Shown here: positions 23,331 to 36,665 of the stretch, piece by piece
How positions within the stretch are numbered: the stretch's first letter is position 1
Layout of the letters: every line of letters begins with the position of its first letter
DNA from: Squalus acanthias
Taxonomy: Eukaryota
Assembly: GCA_030390025.1 (NCBI GenBank)
Contig: CM059438.1
Span: 70,248,001 to 70,312,000, forward strand
Length of the DNA stretch: 64,000 nucleotides
Direction of reading: 5' to 3'
Position numbers and translations under genes: made by a program
The notes under the pieces: generated by a model
Databases searched by the model: none
Seen by the model: only the letters and a program-made list of their open reading frames with translations
Told to the model about the DNA's origin: nothing

Positions 23331-24088
23331 GGGCCAGAAATTTGGCTCCCTGGCTTCCCGCGGGTGCAAGGATCCTGCGCGCACCTACCTACCGCGCCTG
23401 CCGTTGACCTCTGGGCCCACGGGGACTTCGGCTCCTGGGCCTCCTGCAGCTGCCGGCGCGCAGTGCTTGTGTATCCCAGGGGCGTAGTTAGTGCGATGCG
23501 TCCCCTGGGATCACGTGGGCCATGGAGAGCCAATGGCAGCAGACCATCTTTCATTCATAGATTTGACAGTCAAATCTATGAATACAGATCGGCCCCAAAA
23601 CATCCCTAAAACTACAAATACATTTTAAAAAAACATCACATTTTTAAAATAACTATAAATTACATTAATGAACTATTTTAAACAAAAATTTTAATTTTTG
23701 AAAAAATTAATTAAATTTTTTAATGGGGCTAAAACTAAACTTACCTTTCTTTAAAGTAATTAAAAAAGATAAATCTGTTTAAAAAATGTTTAAATTTCAA
23801 TAAAATCAACACTTACCTTGTTAAAAGAAGGCCTTGCGCATCCTTTTTAAAAGTGTATCTTCTCCGTGCTTACCTTCACGGAGGAACCTATAAAAAAAAA
23901 TCCGAAGTGCGAGGCGAACGCGCTGGCCCTCCGGCGTGCGCGTTCGACCTCTGAACCCCTTTCCTCAGGGAACGGAAGTGCCAGTTTCCCGCGCATGCGC
24001 AGTGCATGCAAGAAACCGGCACTTTTGTTCCGTCCACAGGGTGAGTACACAGTGCGTACTCACCCGACAACAGCCGAATTTCTGCCCC
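23331..24088. mobile_element. MITE (PIF/Harbinger-like)
   Basis: 17-bp TIRs gggccagaaatttggct / agccgaatttctgcccc; AT on both flanks; internal perfect 15-bp inverted repeat at 23553-23583. Confidence 0.8.
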
Positions 24089-24751
24089 ATTGAGTCCCCA
24101 GAATTTCCACAGGAGTTCTTCGGGGGGAGGAGGTCGGTGGAACCTTTGGGGAATCAGCTTAAATGACTAAAAGTGTCTGTTTACGCTAATTCTCCAGGAT
24201 TTTCGGCAAGCTTCTGCCGACGTTACAGGAGGACATTGAAGAAACTCAGCCGAGATTCTTGCCTATTATATTTTTTTGAAGGTTTTCTTTTTCCATCCTA
24301 ATTTTGACCTTGTTCTCTTGTCAAGACATTGAAACCTTACTGGGGCTGGTGCTCTGGGCACTGGCTACTTTATCCAAGTGCACATTATTCATTTGCGGGC
24401 CTTCTCGGTGAGTATTACCCAGAGTCAACAGAGCTGAACCTGACCTCCATACATGTGGACTTTCAACAGGGATTGCTGGATAGTGATCAGGAGTGACAAT
24501 CCAAGCCAGTTTTTTTTTAACCTGCCTTAATCTTGTATGCTGAGGCCATTTATAGTACCCCTGAGATCAGCTAGTTCAGCACAGACTGGTCTGTATGGCT
24601 CAGCTACTAACTGGAAAAATTCCCTCAGCATTCAGAGGAAACCTGCAGAATATAATGGGCCAGAATTTGCTCTCAAAATAACGGTGAGGTTATTCATGCG
24701 CAAATCAGACAGCAACTTCAGGTAAGGGCAGATGCGCAGTTAAAGGCAAAA

Positions 24752-27169
24752 ATGGTCCGGATGGGATGCATCCTAGGTTACTGAGGGAAGTAAGGGTAGA
24801 AATTGTGGAGGTGCTGGCCACAATCTTCCAATCCTCCTTAGATGCAGGGGTGGTGCCAAAGGACTGGAGGATTGCAAATGCTACACCCTTGTTCAAAAAA
24901 GGGGAGAAGAATAAACCTGGCAATTACAGGCCAGTCAGTTGGGGAAACTTTTAGAAACAAAAATCCGGGAGAAAATTAACAGCCACAACCACTTGGACTA
25001 ATAAAGGAGAGCCAGCACAGATTTGTTAAGGGCAAATCGTGTTTGACTAACTTGATTGAGTTTTTTGATGAGGTAACAGAGAGGGTAGATGAAGGCAGTG
25101 CAGTTGATGTGTAAATGGACTTTCAAAAGGCACTTGATAAGGTACCACATACTCAGCTTGTTAGCAAAATTGAAGCCCATGGGATAAAAGGGGCAGTAGC
25201 AGCATGGATGCGAAATTGGCTAAGCGATAGAAAACAGAGAGTTGTGGTGAATGGCTGTTTTTCAGACTGGAGGGAGGTATACAGTGGCATTCCCCGAGGT
25301 TCAGTACTCAGACCACTGCTGTTTTTGATATACATTACTAACTTGGACTTGGGGGTACAGGGCACAATTTCGAAATTTGCAGATGACACAAAACTTGGAA
25401 GTGTAGTAAACAGTGAGGAAGATAGTAATAGACTTCAAGAAGACATAGACAGGCTGGTGGAATGGACGGACACATGGCAGATGAAATTCAATGCAGAGAA
25501 GTGTGAGGTGATAGATTTTGGTCGGAAGAGTGAGGAGAGACCATACACACTAAATGGTACAATTTTAAAGGGGGTGCAAGAACAGAGAGGCCTGGGGGTG
25601 TTTGTGCACAAATCTTTGAAGGTGGCAGGACAGGTTAACAAGGCAGTTAATAAAGCATATGGGGGAAAAATTCAGTTGGTTGCGCCTCCCGTTAGCGCCT
25701 TAAGAGGGCGCTAATGGGGCGCAAAGCATCTAGCGCCCAGGCGCGGCTAAGTTTGCGCCGCTCGCGAAATTAACCAGACATTTTGCGGCGGCGCTAAACA
25801 CTACCGCCACGATCTCCTGCGCCGGCAGATCGTGATGTCACTCGAGAGCGCAACGCCCCGGTATCGCCCCGGAGCGGATATTGAGTGGCGCCCCCTGCCT
25901 TACCGCCTGACGCTAGCAACGACAGGTTGAAGGGAGCGTTCTGCAGTCATGTAGGGAAAGGGGGAGCGCTATTTAAAGGTGACCGCTTCCTGCCTTTTAT
26001 TGTTGGTGCCATTTTTGAACTATGCATTCTGAGAGAGAGAGGGAGAGACTTCTGGAGAGATTCAACGTTGTGTGAAGGAGTTTTGGGTACTGAGCAGCAC
26101 TTTGCAGGTTCATTTTGATTTGCCATTCCTTGTATCGATTTAGCAGAGACTGTGGGGGCATCACTCTGAGCTCTTTGCCTGGTACTCTCCATTGTTCTTT
26201 CCAGCACATTTGATGTGCAGGTCTCTCCAGGCCAAGATTCAAGGCTGCAATGAGCAGGATGTGGATGGAAAGCAAGATTAACCATCCCCTTTAAGAACTG
26301 GCCCGTGCCATTGTGTGTGTGTTCCATTGCTGACTGACATCACATGAGCTTCGCCAGCGCTCTGAGGTAGCGCCTCGCTCCTCGGCCTTTGCGCCTTAAG
26401 ACAGGTGTGAAGCGCCTGATTTAGCGCTGCAATCACCTCCAGGGGCGATAAAAGTCAAGTTTGCAGTCGGTGGCGATAATTAGCGCCAGGCGCTAATCTT
26501 TGCGCCCGGCCGATAATTGCGCCCCAAATGGGGCGATACTGAATTTCTCCCCCATGGGATCCTGGGCTTTATAAATTGAGGCAGAGAGTACAAAGCCAGG
26601 AAGATATGCCAAACCTACATAAAACACTAGTTCGTCCCCAGCTGAGTATTGTGTCCAATTCTGGGCACCACACTTTAGGAAGGACGTGAAGGCTTTGGCG
26701 AGGGTGCAGAAGAGATTTACTAGAATGGTTCCAGGGATGAGGGAATACAGTTATGTGGATAGACTAGAGAAGCTGGGGTTGTTCTCCTTAGCAGAGAAGT
26801 CTCAGAAGAGATTTGATCGAAATTATGAAGGATTTAGATAGAGTAAATAAGGAGAAACTGTTTCCAATGGCTGAAGGGTTGATAACGAGAGGAGACAGAT
26901 TTAAGGTGATTGGCAAAAGAACCAGAGGCAACATGAGGGAAAACTTTTTTACACAACAAGCGGTTAGGCTTTGGAATGTACGACCTGATAGGGTGGTATA
27001 TGCAGATTCAATAGTAGCCTTCAAAAGGAACTTGAAGGAGAAAACATTGCAGGGATATGGGGGAAGAGCGGGGGAGTGGGACTAACTGGATTGGTCTTCG
27101 AAAGAGCTGACGCAGACTCGATGGGCCGAATGGCTTCCTTCTGTGCTGTATGCTTCTATATGATTCTAT
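24752..27169 (+). mobile_element. 5'-truncated CR1 LINE (degraded) carrying a MITE
   Basis: GPDGMHPR, NYRPVS, DFQKA, FADD motifs; 3' tail; aaaat at both ends. Confidence 0.9.
25661..26553. mobile_element. GC-rich Harbinger-derived MITE inserted in the CR1
   Basis: TIRs gggggaaaaattcag / ctgaatttctccccc; removal restores CR1 aaagcatatgggatcc; AT or ATG duplication; many gcgcc subterminal motifs. Confidence 0.85.
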
Positions 27170-27297
27170 AAAATCCGGAAGTTGCTGTCTGAGATGCCGT
27201 GAGCTTCCCGAAAACAGTGTCTCGCTGTCTGACTAACCATTCAAATACATTGAGCGGCATGAAGTTCATTTATTTGCGCAGTAACCTGAGGACACTC

Positions 27298-27568
27298 CTT
27301 TAAGATAATTGGCAAAAGAACCAGAGGGAAGATGAGGAGAAATATTTTTATGCAGCGAGTTGTGGTCTGGAATGCACTGTCTGAAAGGGTGGTGAAAGGA
27401 GATTTAGTAGTAAACTTCAACAGGGAATTGGATATATGTTGAAAAAGGAAAAAAAAAATGCAGGGCTATGGCGAAGGAGCGGGGGAATGGGACTAATTGG
27501 ATATCTCATTCAAAGAGCCAGTACAGATACAATGGGCCGAATGGTCTTCTGTGCTGTATGATTCTATG
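27298..27568 (+). mobile_element. Short CR1 3' fragment
   Basis: Paralogous to 26899-27170. Confidence 0.8.
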
Positions 27569-29399
27569 GAATATACACCAAGCAGGCATTTGGGAAATTT
27601 ACCTAAAGCTTGGTCAAAGAGATTGGTTTTGGGGAGGCTATTGAAGCTGCAAGGTGCAGGGGTTTAGGGGGAGAGTTTATTTGCACGAAGCTTCTACTCC
27701 GATGAGTTTTACTGAGCATCAATGTGCAAAGGATCGTGATTTGTAGCCTGCATCCCACCAAAACAGGAGTATACGACCAGGCCACTTAAGCTGGTTAATA
27801 GTGGATCTCTTCCTGGGTACATGGTTCAGAACAATATGCTTATATCTTCAAACATTGTGGTGAGTGTTTTGAGGGTAAAAAGATATTTCTTTCTAACAGC
27901 TCCTCTCTGTCTAATAAACTGAGGTCTCCCAGCACATACGCTTCACACCATCCACAGATGGCATAGCAAATTCTAAAATGTGTAGGGTGTCTTTGGTTTC
28001 AAAAAATAAAATGAATCAAGCTGCTCCCCAGATGTGCAGCATAATTGATGGTTCCTCCCTACTCCAGTTGTGCAGTGTAATGACAGATGGGACTTGTAGC
28101 TCCTTTTGCAGAAATGCAGATTATAGATGGACAGAACTCAGAGTGACACACAAATCAACAGCAATCAATCATGTTAAATTCAGCTGGGGAAACTTTCCAT
28201 TTTAACAGTGCTGAAGTAACAGAGTTTTCAAGATTACTGTGAATTTACATTGCTGTTTTCAGTGTTGTGCCTGTAACTGCCTCCCTGAAGCCCTTCACCT
28301 TGCAAATTCTCTTCCCACTTTCAAAAGCTTCCTCTGAAGCCAACTCTTTGACCAAGCCTCCAATCATCTCGCTGAACTCATCTCCTAATTCCTGCTGGTG
28401 TCACAAGGCATTTCCCCTTCCTTTGTGAAATGCCTGTGATGCTTTACCATGTTAAAGGTGTTATTTAAGTGCACAGAGGGTTTGCTGCATATCTACAAAA
28501 TGTACAATTATTTGAGTAGACTTTGTAACCTCATATTTCCACAGGCGTAGGAAGGCCTATGCGATGTACACAATTGCGTACAAATTAATTTAAATGATGT
28601 TTCGCCATTGGTGGTGAAGCTGATCACCACAAGGGTTTGAGCTTGTTCTCATGCTGGTGACAACCAATTGTTTTTTGAGTTGATTCAAAGAATAGGAAAT
28701 GTCGATAGGTTGAGAAGAAGTAAGGTGGTAGTAGGCTCGTGTAGAGCATAAACACTGGCATAGACCAGTTGGGTCAAATGGTGTGTTTATGTTCTGTAAA
28801 TTCTAGGTAATAGGAAGTGGCACATAAAATGATGTCTGCAAGGATGGTGCTTGCACTCAAATCCCTGAGATGCTAGATGGGGGAATAAATTGGTTGATGC
28901 GTGCACAACGATCAGAGCACAAGTTACACCCTTTCATGTCGCTGCGAGAATTCACTCACAAGGAGTTGGTTGACAACCTTCTTGTCATCTAATGAAGCAG
29001 TTCTTGGGCATCCAGCTATCACTTTGGATCAGGAAATGAAGCCACAATTCTGCCTGATCAGAATGATCTAGCAGACAGAGGGTTAACAGATGAACAAGAG
29101 ACTGTGCGATGCATTCGTATCAGGATGGTTGTAGCTCAGAAATTAGATCAACAATTTTGTCAGCACTAATGCCTGCTAATGCTAGTACACCCTCTCCTGG
29201 TCTCTTTACGCCACTTCATTTGAAGATGAGAGATTGGTGATTCTGACGCATTAAATAACACAATGTAAAAGAAAAACATGGACAGTAACGTGAAATATTT
29301 CCAATCCAGTGGAAGCCACACCTTTTCAGCGAAATGGATTGTTGAATTGTACAAATGTTCCTGAATCCTTTCAAGAGCTCGTTGCAGTATGTTAGCTTC

Positions 29400-30850
29400 A
29401 GAATATGGATAGCTAACGTAATACCGATATTTAAGAAGGGGGACAGAACATGTCCAGGGAATTATAGACCAGTCAGCTTAACATCAGTGGTAGGAAAAAT
29501 AATGGAATCCCTACTAAAGGAGAAAATAGAAGAACATCTAGAAACCAAAAACATAGTAATGAATCGTCAGCATGGATTTCAAAAGGGAAAGTCTTGCTTG
29601 GCCAACCTCATTGAATTTTTTGAAGAGGTAACAGAGAGAGTAGACAATGGTGATGTAGTAGATGTGATTTATCTAGATTTTCAAAAGGCCTTCGATTAGG
29701 TACCCCATAATAGACTAATGAATGAGGTCAGAGAATGCGGTGTCAGGGGACAAGTAGCAGAATGGATAGCTAGCTGGCTTCAAGACAGAAAGCAGAGAGA
29801 GGGGGTAAAGGTAGCTATTCACAGTGGCAGAAGGTGGGTAGTGGTGTTCCACAAGTATCAGTGCTGGGACCACTGTTGTTCACAATTTATATTAACAATT
29901 TAGACTTTGGAATCAAAAACACAATTTCTAAATTTGCGGATGGCACCAAATTGGGGGGGGATAGTCAATACTGAGGAGGACTGCAACAAATTACAGGAGG
30001 ACATTAATAAACGTGCAGAATGAGCATATAATTGGCAAATGAAGTTCAACACAGATGAATTTGAGGTATTACATTCTGTTAGGAAGAATAGGGAGGTTAC
30101 TTATTACTTGGAGAGTGTGAGTCTCGGTGGGGTAGAGGAACAAAGGGATCTCGGAGTACAAATACACAAATCACTAAAAGTTGCGATACAGGTTAGCAAG
30201 GCCATAAAAAAAGCAAATCAAGCACTAGGGTTTATTTCTAGAGGTACAGAATTGAAAAGTAGGGAAGTTATGCTAAATCTGTATCGAACCTTGGTTAGAC
30301 CACACTTGGAGTACTGCGTAGTTCTGTCGTCATATTACAGAAAGGATATAGAGGCACTGGAGAGGGTGCAGAGAAGATTTACAAGGATGATACCAGAAAT
30401 GCGAGGGTATATATATCAGGAAAGGATGAACAGGCTGCGTCTCTTTTCTCTTGAAAAAAGAAGGCTGAGGGGTGACCGAATAAAGGTCTTTAAAATTATG
30501 AAAGGTTTTGATTGAATGGATACAGAGAGAATGTTTCCACTTGTGGGGAAGAGCATAACTAGAGGCCATCAATATAAGAGTCACCAAGAAATCCAACAGG
30601 GAATTCAGAAGAAACTTCTTTACCCAAAGAGTGGTGAGAATGTGGAACGCGCTACCACAGGGAGTGGTTGAAGCGAAATGTATAGATACATTTAAGGGGA
30701 GGCTAGACAAGCATATGAGGGAGAAAGGAATAGAGGGTTATGCTAATAGATTTAGATGAGGAAAGACGGGAGGAGGCTCGAGTGGAGCATAAACGCCGGC
30801 ACGGACTGGTTGAGCCGAATGGCCTGTTTCTGTGCCGTATATTCTATGTA
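29400..30850 (+). mobile_element. 5'-truncated CR1 LINE (degraded)
   Basis: NYRPVSLTS, YLDFQKAFD, LVRPHLEY motifs; 3' tail. Confidence 0.92.
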
Positions 30851-31181
30851 ATAATAATAGGCCTGTTCCAAGAATCCTGTGCACTTAGAATCATGGAGGT
30901 CATTTATCCCATCGTCCCTGTGCTGGCTCTTTGAAAGAGCTATCCAATTAGTCCGACTCCCATGCTCTTTCCCCATAGCCTTGCAATATTTTTCCTTTTC
31001 AAGCATACATCCAATGAAATTTGTTTGACATTTTGGTACATTTGTTGTTCTGTGTTTTTAGAACATTTAACATCTGCAGTTGAGTACCTCATTACCTGTT
31101 TGCCGTTTTCAGTTGCAATTAGGGGTGTTTCCATTCAGTGAATAATCAGTGGAGATCCCAGTTCTTCCAATACAAGACCAT

Positions 31182-31814
31182 GGGGTAAAAATTGCGTAGC
31201 ACGGGGCGCTAAAATTAGCGTCCCCGTGGCTGATTTTCCCAGGTAGCGCCGCGAGCCAATATCACGGCGCTGGTGCTGTGGCACGTCGCGCCGTGGTACT
31301 GAAGGCTTTACTCCCCTTATTAAAGGGGAGGGGCCTGGTGCAGCGCGTCCCGGCACCCAGCTGGGCCACCAGGGATCGGGAGTGTTGGCAAATGAGCCCG
31401 GCACTCAAGAGGAGTGCCAGGCTCACAGAGAGCAGCCGGCACCCCGCGGGGGGGCTTCACGGGGTCCAGGGATGGCAACGGGGGCAGGTGCTGGCAGGCG
31501 GCCAGCCACAAAAGTGGCTGGTCGCCTCCTCCCCTTTAACTAACGCCGCCCCGGCCGCAGCTAGGACCCCCTGACCCCGGCGGACATAGCATCCGGCGGT
31601 AAGTCGGGGGGCACCACCCAATATTACAGCCGGGGCGATGCGCACGGCGATGACGTCATCACCAGCGGCGCAGCGCCGCGTGGTGCTAACGGTTAGCGCC
31701 ACCGCTAACCTCCCGCTAAATTTTGCGGGAGGCGTTAGGGGTGCTGCGCCCAGGTGCTAGTTGATTTGCGCCCGGGCGCTAACGGGAGGCGCAAATCAAC
31801 CGAATTTAGCCCCC
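31182..31814. mobile_element. GC-rich Harbinger-like MITE related to 25661-26553 (opposite orientation)
   Basis: TIRs ggggtaaaaatt / aatttagccccc; CAT on both flanks; shared tgcgcctcccgttagcgc subterminal sequence. Confidence 0.82.
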
Positions 31815-32776
31815 CATGTCTGTACCCGTGAGCGTCCTCATCAGTTCACACTCTAGAACATAAATTCTGACATGCTCATGCCACACATAGGCCGGAGTTT
31901 TGCCTGTGCTCAGAGTGCGGGTTTGGAGGCCGGTCCGCTGTCAAAATCAAAAAGATTGACAGCGGGGCAGTGTCCCACTCTGAACCCGCCTCCTTGTGAG
32001 TTTCCCTAGTGCCGGCTCTGCCTGCGCTTTGCAGACCCGGCACTAAGTGGTGGATCAGGCAATTCAGAACGTTCAGCGTGTGTTTAAAGCAATTTAATCA
32101 GCATTTTACCAGGTACAAACCATTTTCCCTAGTTTTCCACAAGGTTCATGTCGCTCGGGGATCACGCCAGGTAAGTGTGTCGGGTTTTAAACAACTCTCC
32201 ATTTCTGTAAATAGGTGACAGCTGCAAAAGTGGTATAAAACCTACAATTTCACAGCTGGTCACTTTCCAATCTTAGAGGTTGGAGCCTTCAGGATTTGGA
32301 ATACACTTTTCAGCTTTATGGAGGTTGAACTGTTTGGAGTAACCTCTCTATCCAGTGTCACCTCCTTGGAGCAACCTCTCTCACCATTGACAGATCGCTT
32401 CTGTCATCTCATCTTCAGCTGCCATCTTTTCCATCAGCGTCGGTGCCCTTGAAAAAATCTCAACTTGGTCCTCAGAATCCCACCACGATCAGCCCCAATA
32501 CCAACATCACTGGGCACACCAGCAACGCCAACCTTCTCCACAATCACCTGATGCTGCACAGGACGTGGCATCAGCACCCGAGCACATTGCTGCCCGGGAG
32601 GCCAGGGATGGTCTCAACATGGCCAGATTTATTTAACTTGACACTGTACACCCTGGCTGCCACATGATGCGCCAGGTTACATAGATACATAGACATAGAA
32701 GATAGGAGCAGGAGTAGGCCATCCGGCCCTTCGAGCCTGCTCCGCCATTTAATGAGATCATGGCTGATCCTCCAAT

Positions 32777-35644
32777 TCAGTATCCCGTCCCCACCTTCTC
32801 TCCGTAACCCTTAACCCCTTTTGCCTGTAGAAATATATCTAATTCCCTCTTAAATATATTTAATGAGCTGGCGTACACTGCCCTCTGTGGCAATGAGTTC
32901 CACAGGTTCACCACCCTCTGAGTGAAGAAATTCCCCCTCATTTCTGTCCTAAATGGTTTAGCCCTTATCCTTAAATTATGTCCTCTAGTTCTGTTCTCAC
33001 CCGCCAAGGGAAACATTCCTTCTGCATCTAGTCTGTCTAGACCTGTCAGAATTTTATACACTTCTATGAGGTCCCCTCTCAATCTTCTAAACTCCAGTGT
33101 GTACATCCCTAAACTACATAGTCTCTCCTCATAGGTCAATCCCGCCATTCCTGGTATCAGCCTGGTGAATCGCCGCTGCACCCCCTCCATGGCAAGAACA
33201 TCTTTCCTCAGATGAGGCGACCAAAACTGTACACAGTACTCGAGGTGTGGTCTCACCAGTGCCCTGTACAGCTGCAGCAAGGTATCCCTGTTCCTGTATT
33301 CCAACCCTTTTGCTATGAAGGCCAGCATACCGTTTGCCTTCTTGACCGCCTGTTGCACCTGCATGCTCGCCTTCAGTGACTGGTGTACAAGAACACCCAG
33401 GTCTCTCTGTACTTCCCCTTCTCCCAATTTATTGCCATTTAAATAATAATTTGCCCTCCCGTTCCTGCACCCAAGGTGGATAACTTCGCACTTGTCCACA
33501 TTATAGTGCATCTGCCATTTATCCGCCCAATCACCCAGTCTGTCCAAATCGCTCTGGAGCTTCCTGGTCTCCTCCTCTGAGCCCACCCCCCCTCCTAGTT
33601 TAGTGTCGTCTGCAAATTTGGAAATGCTGCATCCGACGCCCTGATCCAGGTCATTAATGTAAATTGTGAACAGCTGGGGACCCAGGACAGATCCCTGTGG
33701 TACCCCACTTGTTACTGCCTGCCATTCAGAAAATGAGCCGTTTATTCCAACTCTCTGTTTTCTATCTGACAGCCAGTTCTCTATCCACGTCAATACTTTC
33801 CCCTTTATCCCATGAGTTTCAATTTTCCATGCTAAACTTTTATGTGGGACCTTGTCGAAGGCCTTTTGGAAGTCCAGGTACACCACATCTACTGGCTCTC
33901 CCCCATCTATTTTACCAGTTACTCCCTCAAAAAATTCCAATAGATTAGTCAAGCACGATTTACCCTTTGTAAATCCATGTTGACTCTGTCCTATCCTGTC
34001 CCCATTTGCTAAGTGCTCCGCTATTTCATCCTTAATGATGGACTCCAGCATTTTGCCCACAACTGATGTAAGGCTTACAGGTCTGTAATTACCTGCTTTT
34101 TCCCAACCCCCCTTTTTGAATAGTGGGGTAACGTTAGCTACCCTCCAATCCATGGGCACTGTTCTCGAGTCTAATGAATTCTGAAAAATCATACTTAGTG
34201 CATCCGCTATCTCTAGGGCCACCTCCTTCAGTACCCTAGGATGCATGTTATCAGGCCCTGGGGATTTGTCCGCCTTCAATCCCTTTAGCTTCCTTAACAC
34301 CATATCCTTAGAGATATTGATTTGCGTCAGTTCCTCCTTTGCCAATGTCCCTATTTTTCCCGATATCCCAGGGAGGTTTTTTGTGTCTTCCTTCGTAAAG
34401 ACTGACCCAAAGTATGCATTTAGTTGGTCTGCCATTTCCTTATTTCCCGTTATATATTCCCCCGTATCTGACTGCAATGGACCAACTTTGGTTTTCACCA
34501 GTCTTTTCCTCTTGATATACTTATAAAAGCTTTTGGAGTTAGTTTTTATATTTCCCGCCAGCTTGCTTTCGTAAGCTATTTTGCCCCTCTTGATTAAGCC
34601 CTTTGTCCTCCTTTGCTCTATCTTAAACTGTTCCCAATCTTCCGCTCTGGCGCTTTTTTTGGCTATTTTATACGCCCTATCTTTGGATTTTATGCTGTCT
34701 CTAATTTCCCCTGTTATCCACGGTTGAGTCACCTTTTTAGATTTCCTTTTATGCCAGATTGGTATAAACAATTTTTGCAATTTTGTCATTCTATCTTTAA
34801 ATGCTTGCCATTGTTTATCTACCTCCAGTCCTCCCAGGAACGTTGTCCAATCAGACCTACTCAGTTCCCGTCTAATGGCATCATAATTCCCCTTGTTTAA
34901 ATTCAGGACCTTAGTCTCTGAGTCAATTTCTTCGCTCTCCATTTCGAGTGAGAAATCGATCATGTTATGATCGCTCTGACCCAAGGGTCCCCGTACAACA
35001 AGATTACTAATTAGTCCCTTCTCATTGCACAGTACCCAGTCCAATATAGCCTGTTCCCGAGTTGGTTCCTCGACATATTGATCCAGATAACCATCCCTTA
35101 AACACTCAAGGAATTCCTCCTCCTCATTATTTTTACTGATTAGGCTAGTCCAATCTATATGTAAGTTAAAGTCACCTATGATGACAGCTGTGCTCTTATT
35201 GCACGCTTCTCTAATTTCCCTCGTGATGCCCTCCCCAACCTCTATTTTACTATTTGGAGGCCTATATACCACTCCTATTAATGTTTTTCGCCCCTCGCTA
35301 TTTCTTAGCTCCACCCATATAGATTCTGTATTAACTGAGTTAATATCCTTCCTTTCAATTGCATTTATCCCCTCTTTTACCAGCAATGCTACCCCTCCTC
35401 CCTTTCTTTTTTGTCGATCCTTCCTAAATACTGAATACCCCTGTATGTTAAGCTCCCAGCCCTGCTCACCCTGCAACCATGTTTCCGTAATCCCAATTAG
35501 ATCATAATTATTAACCTCTATTTCCACAGCTAATTCATCTACCTTGTTCCTGATGCTTCTCGCATTAAGGTATAAAACCCTCAGGCTTTTTTTATGCTCA
35601 CATTTTTTATGAATTAGTTTGGCCCTTTGTTTTTTGTTCCTCAC
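32777..35644 (-). CDS. CR1 ORF2: APE endonuclease plus reverse transcriptase (955 aa, open)
   Basis: LNARS, ITETW, YRPP, GDFN, SDH (APE); YLDFQKAFD, GVPQGSVLGP, FADD (RT). Confidence 0.96.
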   Translation of the reverse strand: MRNKKQRAKLIHKKCEHKKSLRVLYLNARSIRNKVDELAVEIEVNNYDLIGITETWLQGEQGWELNIQGYSVFRKDRQKRKGGGVALLVKEGINAIERKDINSVNTESIWVELRNSEGRKTLIGVVYRPPNSKIEVGEGITREIREACNKSTAVIIGDFNLHIDWTSLISKNNEEEEFLECLRDGYLDQYVEEPTREQAILDWVLCNEKGLISNLVVRGPLGQSDHNMIDFSLEMESEEIDSETKVLNLNKGNYDAIRRELSRSDWTTFLGGLEVDKQWQAFKDRMTKLQKLFIPIWHKRKSKKVTQPWITGEIRDSIKSKDRAYKIAKKSARAEDWEQFKIEQRRTKGLIKRGKIAYESKLAGNIKTNSKSFYKYIKRKRLVKTKVGPLQSDTGEYITGNKEMADQLNAYFGSVFTKEDTKNLPGISGKIGTLAKEELTQINISKDMVLRKLKGLKADKSPGPDNMHPRVLKEVALEIADALSMIFQNSLDSRTVPMDWRVANVTPLFKKGGWEKAGNYRPVSLTSVVGKMLESIIKDEIAEHLANGDRIGQSQHGFTKGKSCLTNLLEFFEGVTGKIDGGEPVDVVYLDFQKAFDKVPHKSLAWKIETHGIKGKVLTWIENWLSDRKQRVGINGSFSEWQAVTSGVPQGSVLGPQLFTIYINDLDQGVGCSISKFADDTKLGGGVGSEEETRKLQSDLDRLGDWADKWQMHYNVDKCEVIHLGCRNGRANYYLNGNKLGEGEVQRDLGVLVHQSLKASMQVQQAVKKANGMLAFIAKGLEYRNRDTLLQLYRALVRPHLEYCVQFWSPHLRKDVLAMEGVQRRFTRLIPGMAGLTYEERLCSLGMYTLEFRRLRGDLIEVYKILTGLDRLDAEGMFPLAGENRTRGHNLRIRAKPFRTEMRGNFFTQRVVNLWNSLPQRAVYASSLNIFKRELDIFLQAKGVKGYGEKVGTGY

Positions 35645-35718
35645 CCTTTTACCATTTATTTCTGTCTGCCTTTCACTTTCCTCTATTTCACTACATAGGT
35701 TTCTAGCCCCCTGCCATA

Positions 35719-36665
35719 CTAGTTTAAATGCTCCCGAACTGCTTTATCAAAAATTACCCCGAGAACATCAGTTCCATCTTTGCACAGGTGTAGACCGTCC
35801 CTTTTGTATAGGTCACACCTACCACAAAACTGGTTCCAATGCCTCAAAAATTTAAAACCCTCCCTCTTACACCACTGCTCAAGCCACGTATTTAGCCTAA
35901 CTATCCTGTTCTCTGTACTCTTACTAGCACGTGGCACTGGTAGTAATCCAGAGATTACTACCTTCGAGGTCCTACTTTTTAGCTTGGCTCCTAACTCCCT
36001 AAATTCTACTTGTAGGACCTCTTCCCTTTTTTTAGCTACGTCGTTGGTACCAACATGTATCACGACAACTGGCTGTTCCCCCTCCCCCTCCAGAATGTTC
36101 TGCACCCGCGCCGAGACATCCTTGACCCTTGCACCAGGGAGGCAACATACCATCCTGGAGTCTCGGTCGCGACCACAGAAACCCCTATCTATTCCCCTTA
36201 CAATCGAATCCCCTGTTACTATAGCCCTGCCACTCTTTTCCCCTCCCTTCTTTGCAACAGAGCCAGTCATGGTGCCATGAGCCTGGCTGCTGGTGCCTTC
36301 CCCCGATGAGTCATCCCCCCGACAACAGCACCTAAGGCGGTGAACCTGTTGCTAAGGGAGACAACCCCAGGGGATTTCTGCACTACCTTCCTGCCCTTGC
36401 TCTGCCTTTTGGTCACCCATGTACTATCTACGCTGGCCTTAACCTGCGGTGTGACCAACTCACTAAATGTGCTATCCACAACCCTCTCAGAATCGTGGAT
36501 GCTCCAAAGTGAGTCCATCCGCAGCTCAAGGGCCGTCATGCGGTCCCACATGAGCTGCAGCTGGACACACTTCCCGCACACATGGTTGTCGGGGACACAG
36601 GAAGCGTCCCTGATTTCCCACATGTTACAGGAGGAGCATGACACAGGTCCGAGCTCTACTGCCAT
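35719..36665 (-). pseudogene. CR1 ORF1 (zinc finger, coiled coil, SGNH esterase) with one frameshift at a G-run near 36315-36320
   Basis: CSSC..CGKC followed by a heptad region in 36267-36665; GDS, CLPGA, HVGTND, DGLH in 35719-36270. Confidence 0.9.

Larger units (their letters stand above)
24657..27290. mobile_element. MITE-like element interrupted by a CR1
   Basis: Starts gggccagaattt; the internal inverted repeat cagacagcaacttc / gaagttgctgtctg is split by the CR1. Confidence 0.5.
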
